A DNA stretch of 64,000 nt, taken from Bilabrum cf. latius. Lineage: Eukaryota. The stretch lies in the NCBI GenBank assembly GCA_965178125.1, contig OZ237755.1, forward strand, positions 682,001 to 746,000, read 5' to 3'. The notes under the pieces are model-generated. The model saw nothing but the letters and a program-made list of their open reading frames with translations, was not told the DNA's origin and did not search any database. Within the stretch, counting starts at the first letter, position 1. Every line of letters begins with the position of its first letter. Positions 26,201-38,466 of this stretch are shown here, one piece after another. The translations under genes and the position numbers were made by a program.

Positions 26201-29200
26201 GCTTGCATCACTCTCTACCTCGCTTGCAACTAGAGGGCCTCGTGCAGCCCCTGACCGCTCAGCCCCTGACCATTCGACCGACCCAGCCTTTGATGGCCTC
26301 TCGGGGCGCTCAACCTCAGCTGGCTCCGTCAACGGGGGGTCAACATCACTGGTGCCAGCAGCAGTAGCAGCAGCAGCAGCAGCACGAGCACAAGTATCAT
26401 CACCACCGCCATCACTGTCATGGTCACCCCCGGCGAGGTCTGGCTCAGATTCCTGGGCGGCTGAATCATCTTGTGGAGCCTTCAATTCGCCAGTAAAAAC
26501 TTGTGCTGATGCTGTCCTATGAGCAGCAGTCGCGTCTTGCTTGCCGGCGTCATCCACGTATTCGTCTGCAGAATTTCCTTCAGACGCATCGCCTTCTTGA
26601 GCTCGGCCTCCAGTGAGCTGCTACTAGATCTATGCACTCACCGACTCTTGTGCCTTACCATTGGTCGGAGCCGGCACCGAAGAGGGTGCATCGACTGCTG
26701 GCACCACCCAAGCCAGGGAATGTCCTGGCTCTTGATCGTTCGAGATACCTTTGGCACTTTCATCCTCAAACACAGGAGACTCTGACCTCTCAGCTGCGTC
26801 GTTCGACTGCATTGTCGTGTCAACCGTCACGCGCTGGCGGGCAGCCGCAGACGCAGGGCCGGCCCCCGCCCGGTCACTTCCCCGCCCAACGGACATTGCG
26901 CTTGGGTGCTTCAGCCGGACTCCACGCGAATCGCCAGCAAGTGAAGACTCCTACGTGATGTCTATCCCCGATCTATCGATACCCACCGCTCCCTTGCCAC
27001 GATCAGCACCCGTCTGCCCTTGATTATCGACTGCACTGGTCCCGGCGGCTGCATCATTGCAGGGGTTTGCGTCTCGTGCTTCGGTATGACCGCTGGAGTT
27101 CTGCTGAATCGCAGAAGGTGGGGGCCCGTGGCGGAAGTACCTTCTCCGGTACTCTAGCACGATGTCTACGGGCACTCCGCTGCCTAGGGACTCGCTGCAG
27201 TCGAACTCCGTCTCGACTGCTGCACTCGATTCCGCAACTAGCCCAGCTGTACTGTGGTTTCCGCCACCAGACTCGTCTGCGTCGTCCTCCCGCGGTGGTG
27301 TAACCGCGGCTTGCACAACCGAACGCATCGTGTGGAAATCTATCACAGCTGCACCGATCTTCTCGATAGGTGAGAATGCCCACCGCCCCTCTGGCATGAT
27401 GGGGCGCTCCCCGGCTGACCATACCTCCAGCTGCAGCCCTCCCTAGCGTGCGGGATCGAACCCCGCTTCCGCCCCGTCGGGATCACCGAGAAACATGGTT
27501 TCGAACGGGAACCATGTCGGCGTCCGCGCCCTGTGCGTGGCACTGGTGCTGTTCCTGGCATCGTTTGCGCTCCACCAGAGAACGTGAACGTTCTCATCGT
27601 TCGCTAGAAATGGTGTCTCTCCAGGTGCTGAAGGAGACGTGATACTTTCTAGTCCTGCCCGCAGCTCGACACTACTTTGCTCTGCCTCTTCATTGGGATG
27701 CAGTGGAAATCTGTACACAATGAACACGCCGCGGCCGCCGTCCGACCCAGCGCTCCTCTGGATTGCCTCTCGATGCGCAGCTGCAATCACTGCCGCCGTG
27801 GCGGTGCTCCTGTACTTTTGCACCGAGGCTGAGTTGGCGCGAAGCATGCTCACTTCGGCAGGCCTGGGCAAGAAAATACGAAGCCCGTGCCTGCACAGCT
27901 CTTCCTACTCGTGCAGTGACGCAGCAGACGCCACCGAGTTGTCATGGAATAAAGAGTCGCTCGCTCCGCGCTGGTCCTCTCGAGACTGCTCCTCGCCATT
28001 CTGAGCGCGAACCATCGCCGGCATGTCTGCTGCTGGCGCATCGTGGCTGTCTGCTCCCACGGGATCCCGATCATCGTTCGTGTCACCTGGCGGCTGGACG
28101 TGGCCAATCGTCCGGTGTTTTTCGGAGTCGCCCCCTGCCGTAGCACTCTCATAGTCTGGCTCATGGACGTCGTCCTGAGAGCGATCCACAGCAGTAGGAT
28201 GCCCCTCGTCACATGCATCACCCTGCTGAGCCCCCGCTGCATCATCGGGCGCATCCAGCGGGTTCGTCCCGGTGATCTCTTGCGCTGCGGTGGCCGCGGC
28301 GCCTTGACTTTGCAGGGGGACAGCAGCTGGGTATACCAGGTGAGGTAGCACCCGCTGCCTAGATGCCTCACTTGCCTACATCCGACGGGCCCACATTTGG
28401 ATGCAATAGGCAGCATCTTGCTCTCCTATGCACCGAAGTACGTCACTGGATGCCCCGATTCGGACGTCGAGCCAGCACTATGCCACTCGAGTCCCACTGA
28501 CGGGGTCCTTCACAGGAGCATACCCTGCGTGCAGGCTCGCCGTTCCGCCTATGCCAGCATCCACGACAGACTCTGCGCCTAGCAAGCCAGTGGCGCCTGC
28601 CGTACCACGTCCGTGTGAGCTCTCGGCCAGCCTGTCGTGCCGCTTGCGGGCCTGGAGCTTCGCGGCATGGAATAGAACGAACCGAAGTGGCACAGTCACG
28701 ATACCGAGGGTGCACTGCTGCGCCGACACGCTGCCCAGCTATTCTGACGACTACCCTGAATGCGTGGCAGTTCTGGGTTCGTCCAGCCCCGCCACTTGCC
28801 CTCTCACCTCAATGCAGGCCGATTTAGCCCTGAGACCTTCCAAGGCGGCTGCATCTGCTGGGAGCGGCAGCACTGCCGTGCCTTGCGGACCGGCGACAAA
28901 GGCAGGGAGCTGCGAAATACGGCGAGCAGTTTCTCCACCAGAGTCCGGCAGGCGAGCCACCGCTCTGAGGTGCAGGGGCCACTCCTTCAGCCCAACAGGC
29001 TGCCGCTGCTCCGTCGGACCTGTAGGTAGTGGTAGAACTGTTGCCGCAGTCGCAACCACTCTAGGGGCAAGCGACCACGCCGAGTGCAGCGGAGAAACCT
29101 TGTGCTCAGCCTCCCTTGATGCCATAGGACGGGTGCCTTCAGTACCTGCGGACTAGTTGCCGAGACCGACTGCACGATCTGCCCAGCGGATTGAGTCTCG

Positions 29201-32200
29201 CACGCGCACTCGATCCGTGCTATCAGCGCGCTCCTCCTCGTCCTGCCCTGGGACTCTGCTTGGCAGCAGCACGGTGTCGCGGTTCCTCGCTCGAATGCAT
29301 GCAGGCCTCGCGGAAACGTCTCTGATCTCCAGCACGCGCATCCAGAGCACCAGCGGGTCAGCGCTAGAGCCCATGCTACCCGGCGCACCCCTCCCAAGCG
29401 GCCGCGACAGGGAGCCCATCGCTGCCTGGTGCACCCTCAACTGCAAACCCTCTGGCACAGCCAAGGCTAGCCCGCGAGCCGGGACCATCCGTTTGAGTCG
29501 CTCGAGGGCATAGGATGCGGCGCGGGCTTTTCGATCTCCAATAGCCGCAGCATCTTGGGCAGGCGCCAGGGCTGCTTCAGTCCCTGACCCTGCATGTACC
29601 AGTGGAAGGACCTTGCCGCTTCCTGACAGCACGTTCCCAGCCGCGTTTAGCAATGCAACTGAAGTGCTCAGCTGGCCGACGACAGCCCCAGCGGGCAGGC
29701 GGCTCGAAGCAGCGCGTGCAAACACCTGAGCTTCCCTCAAAGCTGCCTGTCTCCTGCGATGCGCCTGTCGCTCCGCACCCCTCAAGTCCTAGGCTCCTCC
29801 TCGCCCGGCCCTAGCCCGCTCGTTGGCGCTGTCCGACTGCTACTACAGCCACTCGGTAGCCTCCTCTGTTGCTACCCAGTCGATACAGGCCATCCAAGAG
29901 GAGCTGTCTCCCAGCAGGAGCTGCCTCAGAGGCACGGATGCCCTGCACACAAGCAGCCTGCCGTCCGCACCAGTGAGTTCTCCCGATGAACTGCCCGCGG
30001 CCGCATGCGCATGCGCCTGCGACGCGCCACCACCGGCGCCGCCAGATCGCTGCCCAGAGCCTACAAGGGCAAGCCTGCTGGAAGCGCTGCTCCCAGGCTC
30101 CACGAACAGCCGCAGCTCCAGGGTGGCCTCGAGCCACTCCTCCACGGCATCGGACACGCCGAAGCCATCAGACTCGACGCCCTGCATGCCTTGGACGCGA
30201 AGGTCAACGCGGTGCCCGAATCGAACGGCAATGCGCTGCACCCCATCGGCGGCTAGGGCAGCCTCCGACAGCCGAGCATCTGCCGTTGCGCGCTCCATCG
30301 CGGCCTGCGCGCCCGCCCCGCCCGCCCTGCGTGTCCCATGCACTGCCTGCCTGTTGCCAGACCCATCTCTGCCTACCGGCTACCCAGCCCCTGTGCCAGC
30401 CACTGGTGACCTCCCAGCTCGGCCACCCGTGACTCTAGATCTCGCGGCAGCATTGCGGCCTGTTGCTGCCCTGCGGAATCTCGCAGCGTCACGCTGTTCC
30501 CTGCCTAGCCCAGGTGCTGGGGCGTTCGTGGCCAATCTGGTCAGGTGGGACTGGTGCGTGTCCTTGAGCTCTTCCGCGGGCATGCAGCACGCCTTGACCT
30601 CCCCAATGGGTAGGGATCGTGGCCTTGGCGTTGCGTAGTTTCCCTCCACGGGCTTTCTCGACACGTCATAATCGATCCACCAGCGAGAAGAACGCACCCA
30701 GTCGCCAAGGGCAGCCGAAAATGCCGCCGGCATAGATGCGTGCTGCGCCACCCTGCCAGAGACAGACTCGGCACCATCATCGCCCGTTGCTACTTGACCC
30801 TCGTGGCGTCGATCACGCCCTCCACGACCGGAGGTATCGCCCCCGCCGCGAGCAGCCTGCCTGCCACTGATCGCCACCTGGGCCACGCTTCGCAGCGACT
30901 TGGCCATACCTCGCAGAAACTAGGCAGACTCTCCCACTAGACCGAGTGAGACGCCTTCGCCGCCTGTGGAAGCACCGATGGCTGCAAGGCGCGCCCTCGC
31001 CGCTGCATACGCAGCCAGGACCGCGCGATCAGGCGCGATTGCCATGGCTGGCAGAGACACCCTCACTGCCTTCGTCCCCTCAACCTTGGACCGCATTGCG
31101 GCAGCAATTCGGCGCATGGCAGCAGAGTGCGCGCCATCCTGCCGAGCACGGACGTACTCCTCCATCAAGGCAGCGTCCTCCTTGCCCTCCCGCAGCAGCT
31201 GGGCCAGCACCCGCTCGTCGGGACCACCGTCCAGTGGTTCTTTCTGCTGGCCGAGAATCATCCCATTGCCATCTGCGCTGTTCAACTAGTCAAACGAGTC
31301 TCCCACCTCACCTCGCAGTGCCGATGCAGCCACATGCACGGCAGGGCCAGCCGCTCTCGATGCATCCTCCCAAGATAGTGGCTAGCCGGCTGCCCCAGGG
31401 ACGTCATCTCTAGCCAGCGGGCGCGTGGCATCCCTGTGAGTGCTGGACGACATGCCCGGAGCACCGGGCCCGCCTGCCCCGTAGTAGTCCTGCAGTGGGG
31501 CCCTGCCTGCGGGTCCCGATGATGACACGCTGTGGCCGCCCGTGTCACACCCAGAGCTGTACGACCCATTGCCGCCCATGGCTGCAATCGCCCTTGCAAA
31601 CGGCGGGGCACCGCCCGCGCCCCCATGCTGGCTGCGGCTTCCGGATTTTCCACGCGCCGGGTGCTCTTGCTTTGAAGAGGCGGGTCCGAGCAGCGCCTCG
31701 AGCTCGCTGCTGCCGAAACCCTCTTGGATGACTGCCTCTGCGTCCCCCAGCACTTCGTCGATGCCGAGCGAAGACGACGAGGTGGATGCACCGCGAGGGC
31801 TCTAGCCGTGGGAATGCCGAGACGTGCTCCCAGCGACCCAGTCACTAGTCGGACGAACGGTATGCCGTCGCGCGTAGTCTCTTGAACGCAAACCGCGAGA
31901 CTGCACCAGCGTCCCATCGGTCTCTCGGTCATGACCGTTCTCCCACATGTCATCCATGGGCTCCTCGGCTGACTTGCTCTCCACTGTGCCGCCCCTACTG
32001 CTTCCTCGTCGACTGGGCGCTGCTCCTGCTCCCGACTACACTGGCCCACGGCTCGATTCGAGCTCCTTGTCGATCTCAAGGGCTGCCTGTTCCGTTTCTT
32101 GGAGCAGCTGTTCCACGTCATGAAGCAGGTCGTCAGTGTTCGTCTGCCCCCCGGAACGCACGGCTTCGCCTGCAACGGTACTGTCAAGAACAGCCTCCTC

Positions 32201-34149
32201 TGCCCTGTCTGCAAGCTGCTCAGACGAATGCTGAGGGGACCTACCCGCAATGAATCGCACACCATTATTATCACCACCTCCGCCCCCACCGTGTCCATCT
32301 CTGTTGATCTACCGAGCGACCACTTCGGCGGGCAGCTCTGGAGGTACGTGCTCCCTCTGTCCAGTGCCTGATCCAGCCCTGCCTTGCCTGCCACCAGGAG
32401 CACCTGGATCTGTCCTGCGCCCGCACTGAGCCTCAGTAGCACCGCCATCGGCGGCGGGCAGCTCCCTGGACTGGGGCTATCCCGCAGAGGCATGGAGGGC
32501 TGCTCCGCGCCTCGCCGCAGGTTGGGGCCTCCCGCCGAGGATCGCGTCCAGGCCACGGGCGTCCGAGAGGCTTGAGGGTTCTTGGTGGCTGGTCATAGGT
32601 GTGGCTGCGGGTACTGATGTCGAGTTGCCTGGCCCTCCCTCCCCTTGACTGCCAACGTTCTGGTCGTCGCCGCCATGAGAGCTCATCTAGGGGTCGTCCT
32701 TATTGCCGCCCCGCTGCTATTTATTGTCTGCTCCCAGATGCTTCTACTCATCCTCACCCAGCTCTAGCTACCGCTGTCTGGCTCGCTGCTGCATAAGTTG
32801 AAGCAGTCTGGCTTTATTGTACCTGTCTGTAAATCTTCGATCCAGCGAATTGGCCGGACCGGTAGGCTGTTCTGATTCACCTAAGGCCTCTGGGGCCGAT
32901 GACCGATGCACCCCGACACCGGCAACGCCACTGCGACGGCCATCCCACGTTCCGTCGCTAGCCCGACCAGCTCCAGTATCATCCCAAGCATCAGCTCTAC
33001 TGCCAACTCCAGCGTGCGCGCCAGCCGCATCGTCGGCCCCAGTTTCAGCACCAGCACCAGCACCAGCACCAGTACCAGTACCAGTACCAGCACCAGCACC
33101 AGCACTAGCACCAGCCCCTCTACCATAGCCACGGTCGTGCGAGTCAGGCAGCGTAGGGGGCTCTATCGTCACATTTCTGCCTTCATGGTGTCCCATGGCT
33201 TGTTCTCTGTCTCTAGGAAGTGGTTTACCGCTCTGGATCTTGCTCGGCGCCACAATCTCCTCGATGCCCGGCAGCCTTCGCAGCACGCTGTGCTCCCCTG
33301 TCCTGAGGCGAACCTCGACAAGTATCGTGCCAAGCATTCGCTGCTGCTGCTACTGCTGAAGATGCTGCTAATTGTCTTGAGGAATGGCGCTGCCGGCTCG
33401 CGATGCAGGCGGTGGTTCGGCTTGGGCTGAATGAGCAAGTGCTCGGACTGCGACGAGCAGGCGAGCATTGCAGCCTTTTGGTCGCACCGAGGCGGAGCCC
33501 CCCAACTCTTCGCTGCGTCGTTTTGTGGGGTCCACTCTCATTTGCGCGGCTGCGTCTTTCAGCGGCTGGATCAATGGCACGAGTGGCACCAGGGCCTCAG
33601 CCAGCGGAGCAAAGTCGCGTGCTCTCAGAACTCGCAGAACGACGGTTTTCTGCGTTTCGATGGCAAAACATCATAATTGAAAGAAGAGCTAGCTAGCATT
33701 CGTAGGACTGGCTGGGTTAGTGCAGTGGCTACAGGGAAACTTACCGAGTCTTCCAAGTATCGTGCAAGCCCGGTTCCACCCGCTCGCACTGCCCATAGCG
33801 CGCATGTTTCTCGTGTGGGCTTTGCCAGAAGGTGCCCATGCTCATTAATGTGCCTTCTAAGACCACCATCAGTTGACATTGCCGGGGATAGGTACGTTCT
33901 GGCATATTCAGGTCCGCTCGAGCTGTATGATGGCCCTCGATTCCCCCACCAATGCACCTCAACCACGACAGGTTCGCGGTTGAGTGAAGCGCCATACTAT
34001 GATGGTCTTGTGGGCTCGTATGCCACAGCATGAATTTGCAATTCTCCTCGAATTTCACCAGCCAGCCCGGGAGGCAACGACTCTTCTGCAACGTCACCTG
34101 GTAGAAGATGCCCCTGGCCACTATGGGCCGATTTTCCCTGCCCTTTCAT
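23282..34149 (-). CDS. C2CD3: C2CD3-like centriolar multi-C2-domain protein, ~3,590 aa, exons 34149-33745 and 33649-23282
   Basis: N-terminus SLPPGLAGEIRGELQI...VVVEVHWWGN...WAVRAGGTGLARYLEDS|KTVVLRV resembles the C2CD3 N-terminal C2 domain (LPP..G..R..L, VRWWGE, Y.VRCG...YL.DM). C-terminal C2 VTIDRANDLP...PSTFAVV...TTPIVLASSKPAY and LVGTATVDLSRLARMGSVRGWYTL. Over 20 track fragments lie in one frame, separated only by about 39 TAGs. Ends TGA 23282-23284. Confidence 0.8.
26074..26247. repeat. 57-bp coding tandem repeat x3 (19 aa, ARGPLVASKVEGGASQART) within C2CD3
   Basis: Unit starts CAGTTCGAGC at 26074, 26131 and 26188; near-identical copies. Confidence 0.95.
33046..33116. repeat. Hexamer microsatellite (CCAGCA/CCAGTA)n encoding a GA/GT dipeptide run in C2CD3
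   Basis: About 11-12 imperfect hexamer units. Confidence 0.9.
33650..33744 (-). other. Intron of C2CD3 (95 nt)
   Basis: GTAAGT donor, CTAAC-like element, ACGCAG acceptor, phase 0. Splicing changes frame and completes the C2 domain. Confidence 0.85.
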
Positions 34150-34236
34150 GCGCAAAATTAAATTAACGCAATAATATCGACAAACTACAGGCAATCACTT
34201 GACAAGTGCGACACTATTGGCTACAGATTTTGAATT

Positions 34237-34260
34237 GAAATACAGAAATACAGAAATACA
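34237..34260. repeat. GAAATACA x3 tandem repeat upstream of the C2CD3 start
   Basis: Three perfect 8-bp copies in AT-rich intergenic DNA. Confidence 0.85.
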
Positions 34261-35150
34261 TTGTTGGGTAAAGATTCCACAAGCACCCAGATGCACCGTT
34301 GCCCCCGAAGGAGTTCGAGTGATCACCTGAATCCAGAGGAGTCCTCAAACAAGGACTACAAGACCCCCGACCCTTTCAGGCCAAAGGCCCCCCAATCTCA
34401 GCCTACACCGCCGAGTCCCCTTTATTCGCCATCAATGTGGTCCCCCACAAGCCCTCAGCCTGATGCCTTCACAGGGAGAAAGCATACAGGTGCGGAGCAT
34501 GTGCCCGGCACAAAGCGCGGTCCAGTCCCACATCAGGGTCCCCTGCCGGGACCCACCATTTCCCCCTCCATCAAAAGAATTGCACTTACGCCTTTATAGC
34601 GTGTCAATACTAACATTAATCCGCATTCCGGATTGCGACCAAAATCCAGCAGAGCAGGCCAAACAGGGACCACCCAATATAGCCCTGCAGTGTCTCAGCG
34701 TATCAAATGCAGGCCGTGAAGGAAGGCGCCATGCCGTGCGACCGCCCAGTCTGCCTCCTGTGCGACTGCTCCCGGAGCCGAGCTGCTGCGGGCCCTCTCG
34801 CAATCCCGCAATGTGCTTCCGAACCACTTTCAAATTTAGTCGTTGCAAAACTATTCTGTCGATTATAGTGGCTCTCCGAACGTAGAGTCGTAGCGTAGAA
34901 GACAGCATGGCCAATGCAGAGCAGCGACTCTGACTCCGAAAACTCTGCCCATTTCAAATTAGTGCGAATATTTACGCCGTCCCCAGCTATTTGTGCATTA
35001 AGACGACTTGGAGACTCATACGAGGTAGTAACGAAAAACACGAACAACTGTTCGGATGTGCGAGCGAGCGAGCATTATTCAGATCTCGTAGCAAACGAAC
35101 TCTTGAGCAGAAGCAGAGGGAAAGCAATTCGTAGGCGCCATCATTAGATG

Positions 35151-36015
35151 CAAATACAGAAGTCAATTTCTATCTGATCAATGCATCAGCCGCCCAGCGT
35201 TTCCTACTTGGAGCCATCGCTCCAGACCCTCTCTCCCACAACCCAATCAAACGCCAGTCACCGAAGTGACCGAGTCATACCAGCGACAGAACTGGCACAG
35301 ACAACCGGCTACAACAACATACTGCCTACCCTCCCATGTGGCATTCACCTTACATGATCATAAGATCGCACCTCACTGGCGCGCGCCCTCGGGCTTCACG
35401 TAGGTGGCGCGCTGGTCCTCGGCCGATCGCCAGGCAGCGTCATTCTTCAACTCGGGGCCGGAGCGGCCGGGCCTGTAGTCGCCCTCGCCCCTGAAGATCT
35501 GCCACAGGTTCATCACACTGCTGGTCTCCAGTCCCTGTCCGATCGGGGAGTAGTTCTTGGCGGTCTGCTTGGCCCAAGCCTCGCCCTTCCTTTCCATCTC
35601 CTCGCCGCGCACCGCCGTCTTGCGATCCGACTTGTCCCAGTGCACATCAGGGCCCCCGGCTGCAACAACCATCTTGTATGTCATGAAGCCTAGACCCACG
35701 CTCACCACGCCGATGATGGCGCCCACCTGCGATCGAAAGAGACGGATTGTCCACTGATGGATTAATGACTGCCGGTCCTAAAGGCAACTCGAGCAATGGC
35801 GGCGCACTGGCTGCAAGACTCACGTCTACAATGGATCGCCTGGTAAGAGTACTGAATGAAGTACCGTTCAGCACGCGCATGTTTTCCTGTAGTGTATTAG
35901 CTTCTTTGCTTTGAGTTGTGAATGATCCGCCTTGTCATCGGTCGTGTTTTGTGTTCGTTGCCGAAGGTTCGATTGTGACTCGCGATTGATGGGCCGCCGC
36001 GGCGTGGTCGCAAGC
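35151..36015. repeat. Segmental direct repeat, copy 1 (~865 bp, contains the NDUFA4/B12D-like gene)
   Basis: Near-identical to 36595-37457 (offset ~1442). Confidence 0.95.
35373..35880 (-). CDS. NDUFA4/B12D-family small mitochondrial membrane protein, copy 1, 136 aa (intron 35727-35823)
   Basis: MRVLNGTSFSTLTRRSIVD|VGAIIGVVSVGLGFMTYKMVVAAGGPDVHWDKSDRKTAVRGEEMERKGEAW has a single TM followed by the P(D/E)V...K..R...GE motif of B12D/NDUFA4. GTGAGT...CGCAG phase-0 intron, TGA stop, no TAG. Confidence 0.8.
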
Positions 36016-36594
36016 CGTGGGGTAACTGAGGTATGGTGCTCCCTGGCGGCGTGCTTGCTGCTCATAGGTACTGCAAGCGCATACGTAGCACATTTCTGTC
36101 CTGTCTACATTCAGGAAAGCTGCAGCGCTATCCTGAGAACGCTGCGCCTGGTCCACCAATGCCCTCATCAGGGGCTTGGCCAGGTCACACGCACACTGCA
36201 GGGCTTGATTGAGCGTGCTCCTGGTGATCTGATATACACCTGCCACAAACACCGATCGCAGCTCGATCCATCCATAAAGCCCTTGTGTTGCTGTTCCCAC
36301 CTGGATCTCAGGGGAAACGGTGCTCAATCGAGCCGGCAAGAGTGCCTGCAAGACCGTCCACCTCGTATTGCTGCAGCAATTCTGATTTCACCAGCCTCCG
36401 CTGTTCCGACAAACCATTGGTTGCATGAGGACGCAGCTTAAATCATATCGTACAGTTACTGCCACCTGCTGCGTTGGTCTACCATTACTGAGCTGACCGC
36501 TGCATGGTCTGGCGTGGCTGCGTCACACTTCGTTTATGCGCTCACCGTAGCGTAAGATTAACGAATTCGTGTAGTGAAGTAGCATCCATAGGCA

Positions 36595-37457
36595 CAAATA
36601 CAGAAGTTATTTCCTATCTGATCAATGCATCAGCCGCCCAGCGTTTCCTACTTGGAGCCATCGCTCCAGACCCTCTCCCACAACCCAATCAAACGCCAGT
36701 CACCGAAGTGATCGAGTCATACCAGCGACAGAACTGGCACAGACAACCGGCTACAACAACACACTGCCTACCCTCCCATGTGGCATTCACCTTACATGAT
36801 CATAAGATCGCACCTCACTGGCGCGCGCCCTCGGGCTTCACGTAGGTGGCGCGCTGGTCCTCGGCCGATCGCCAGGCAGCGTCATTCTTCAACTCGGGGC
36901 CGGAGCGGCCGGGCCTGTAGTCGCCCTCGCCCCTGAAGATCTGCCACAGGTTCATCACACTGCTGGTCTCCAGTCCCTGTCCGATCGGGGAGTAGTTCTT
37001 GGCGGTCTGCTTGGCCCAAGCCTCGCCCTTCCTTTCCATCTCCTCGCCGCGCACCGCCGTCTTGCGATCCGACTTGTCCCAGTGCACATCAGGGCCCCCG
37101 GCTGCAACAACCATCTTGTATGTCATGAAGCCTAGACCCACGCTCACCACGCCGATGATGGCGCCCACCTGCGATCGAAAGAGACGGATTGTCCACTGAT
37201 GGATGGGTGACTGCCGGTCCTAAAGGCAACTGGAGCAATGGCGGCGCACTGGCTGCAAGACTCACGTCTACAATGGATCGCCTGGTAAGAGTACTGAATG
37301 AAGTACCGTTCAGCACGCGCATGTTTTCCTGTAGTGTATTAGCTTCTTTGCTTTGAGTTGTGAATGATCCGCCTTGTCATCGGTCGTGTTTTGTGTTCGT
37401 TGCCGAAGGTTCGATTGTGACTCGCGATTGATGGGCGGCCGCGGCGTGGTCGCAAGC
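36595..37457. repeat. Segmental direct repeat, copy 2
   Basis: Near-identical to 35151-36015. The differences seen lie in the intron and flanks. Confidence 0.95.
36815..37322 (-). CDS. NDUFA4/B12D-family protein, copy 2, 136 aa (intron 37169-37265)
   Basis: Same predicted protein as copy 1. Confidence 0.8.
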
Positions 37458-37760
37458 AGTCGGCATGCACACATGTCTCATTCTGCCGAATCAGCATCCA
37501 CATTAAGCATCCAAACACCCCTATGGTAGCCCGTGACGCGGGCGGGCTGCGGCTGGCACCTTCTTCGTCAAGCCAGCAGCCAAGTCTCGCACACTGCAGA
37601 AAAAGCGCAGCAACAGCGATGCTCGCGTCCTGAAAGAGGCATCAGGACGCATTCTATTTCCTGAGCCGATCATTGTCCCGCTGCAGTTGCGCCACCCACG
37701 CCAGCTCCACCGTGCCAAGAACAGCCCCTTGGGCCCCTTGGACCTGCAGTACCTCAAGTT

Positions 37761-37898
37761 AGTCTCCTTGGGCGGCCAATGGATGACTACAGCCAGTCTC
37801 CTTGGGCGGGCAATGGATGACTACAGCCAGTCTCCTTGGGCGGGCAATGGATGACTACAGCCAGTCTCCTTGGGCGGGCAATGGATGACTACAGCCAG
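37761..37898. repeat. 34-bp minisatellite x4 (AGTCTCCTTGGGCGGGCAATGGATGACTACAGCC)
   Basis: Head-to-tail copies at 37761, 37795, 37829 and 37863, with one substitution in the first copy and no spacers. Confidence 0.95.
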
Positions 37899-38466
37899 GC
37901 AAGGACACGTGAGGTGTGAGACAACCATTGTCGCAGAAACGTAATGGGGCTTCACGTTGGGGCAAGCTGCACTGGCAGTGGCAGCAGTACCAGTGCTAAG
38001 GGAGCAGCGGTCGGATTCGAGCGCCTGCATTCCACCGTGACGGTACTACTAGTAGGCTTTCTGAGCTTGTTGAGTAGAGCGTCTGACTTCGTCTTATACA
38101 CTTTAGCACGCGACACAACCACTTTCTTGACTGCAGCAGCAGTACGAGAGTAGTCCCGGCCCGTGTTGGACTAGAGGTAGCGTGTACCTTATAAATCTGA
38201 TTACATGAGCGTTTGCAACGCGCACGCACTGAGCAGGAGGGGGATCTGGACAGCCCCGGGGTTCTCATATATTACTTAGTTACTGTTAGGGTCGAAGTTC
38301 CTGCTCAAGAGCTCGAAATCGGCCGCCACTAACCTCGGAAGCTGGGTCCGTTCAGCTTCGGATCTCATCGAATCGATCTTGGGTCCCCGCTAGCAGCTTT
38401 ATTGTAATCTTTCAGCTTAGAGTCCTTTGGTGTCGGATCTAGTGCGCTACACAATAAGTTTCAGTT

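Noticed and set aside
31282-32556. 424-aa minus-strand ORF in an alternative frame within C2CD3
   Set aside because: The overlapping frame is continuous with the rest of C2CD3 via TAGs; this ORF is an off-frame by-product of high GC.
34261-35150. Possible small gene(s) between C2CD3 and NDUFA4 (e.g. + strand 34291-34719 Pro/Ser-rich frame through one TAG; minus ORF 34703-35047)
   Set aside because: No recognisable domain and competing frames; cannot be supported without transcripts.
35932-36441. ORFs in the spacer between the NDUFA4 copies
   Set aside because: They overlap the duplicated upstream region and show no motif or clear codon bias.
35151-37457. Direct repeats as LTRs of a retroelement
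   Set aside because: Each repeat contains an intron-bearing cellular gene. No TG...CA ends, PBS or gag/pol sequence are evident in the 580-bp interior.
37761-37898. 34-bp repeats as a CRISPR array
   Set aside because: Head-to-tail with no unique spacers, no cas genes, eukaryotic context.
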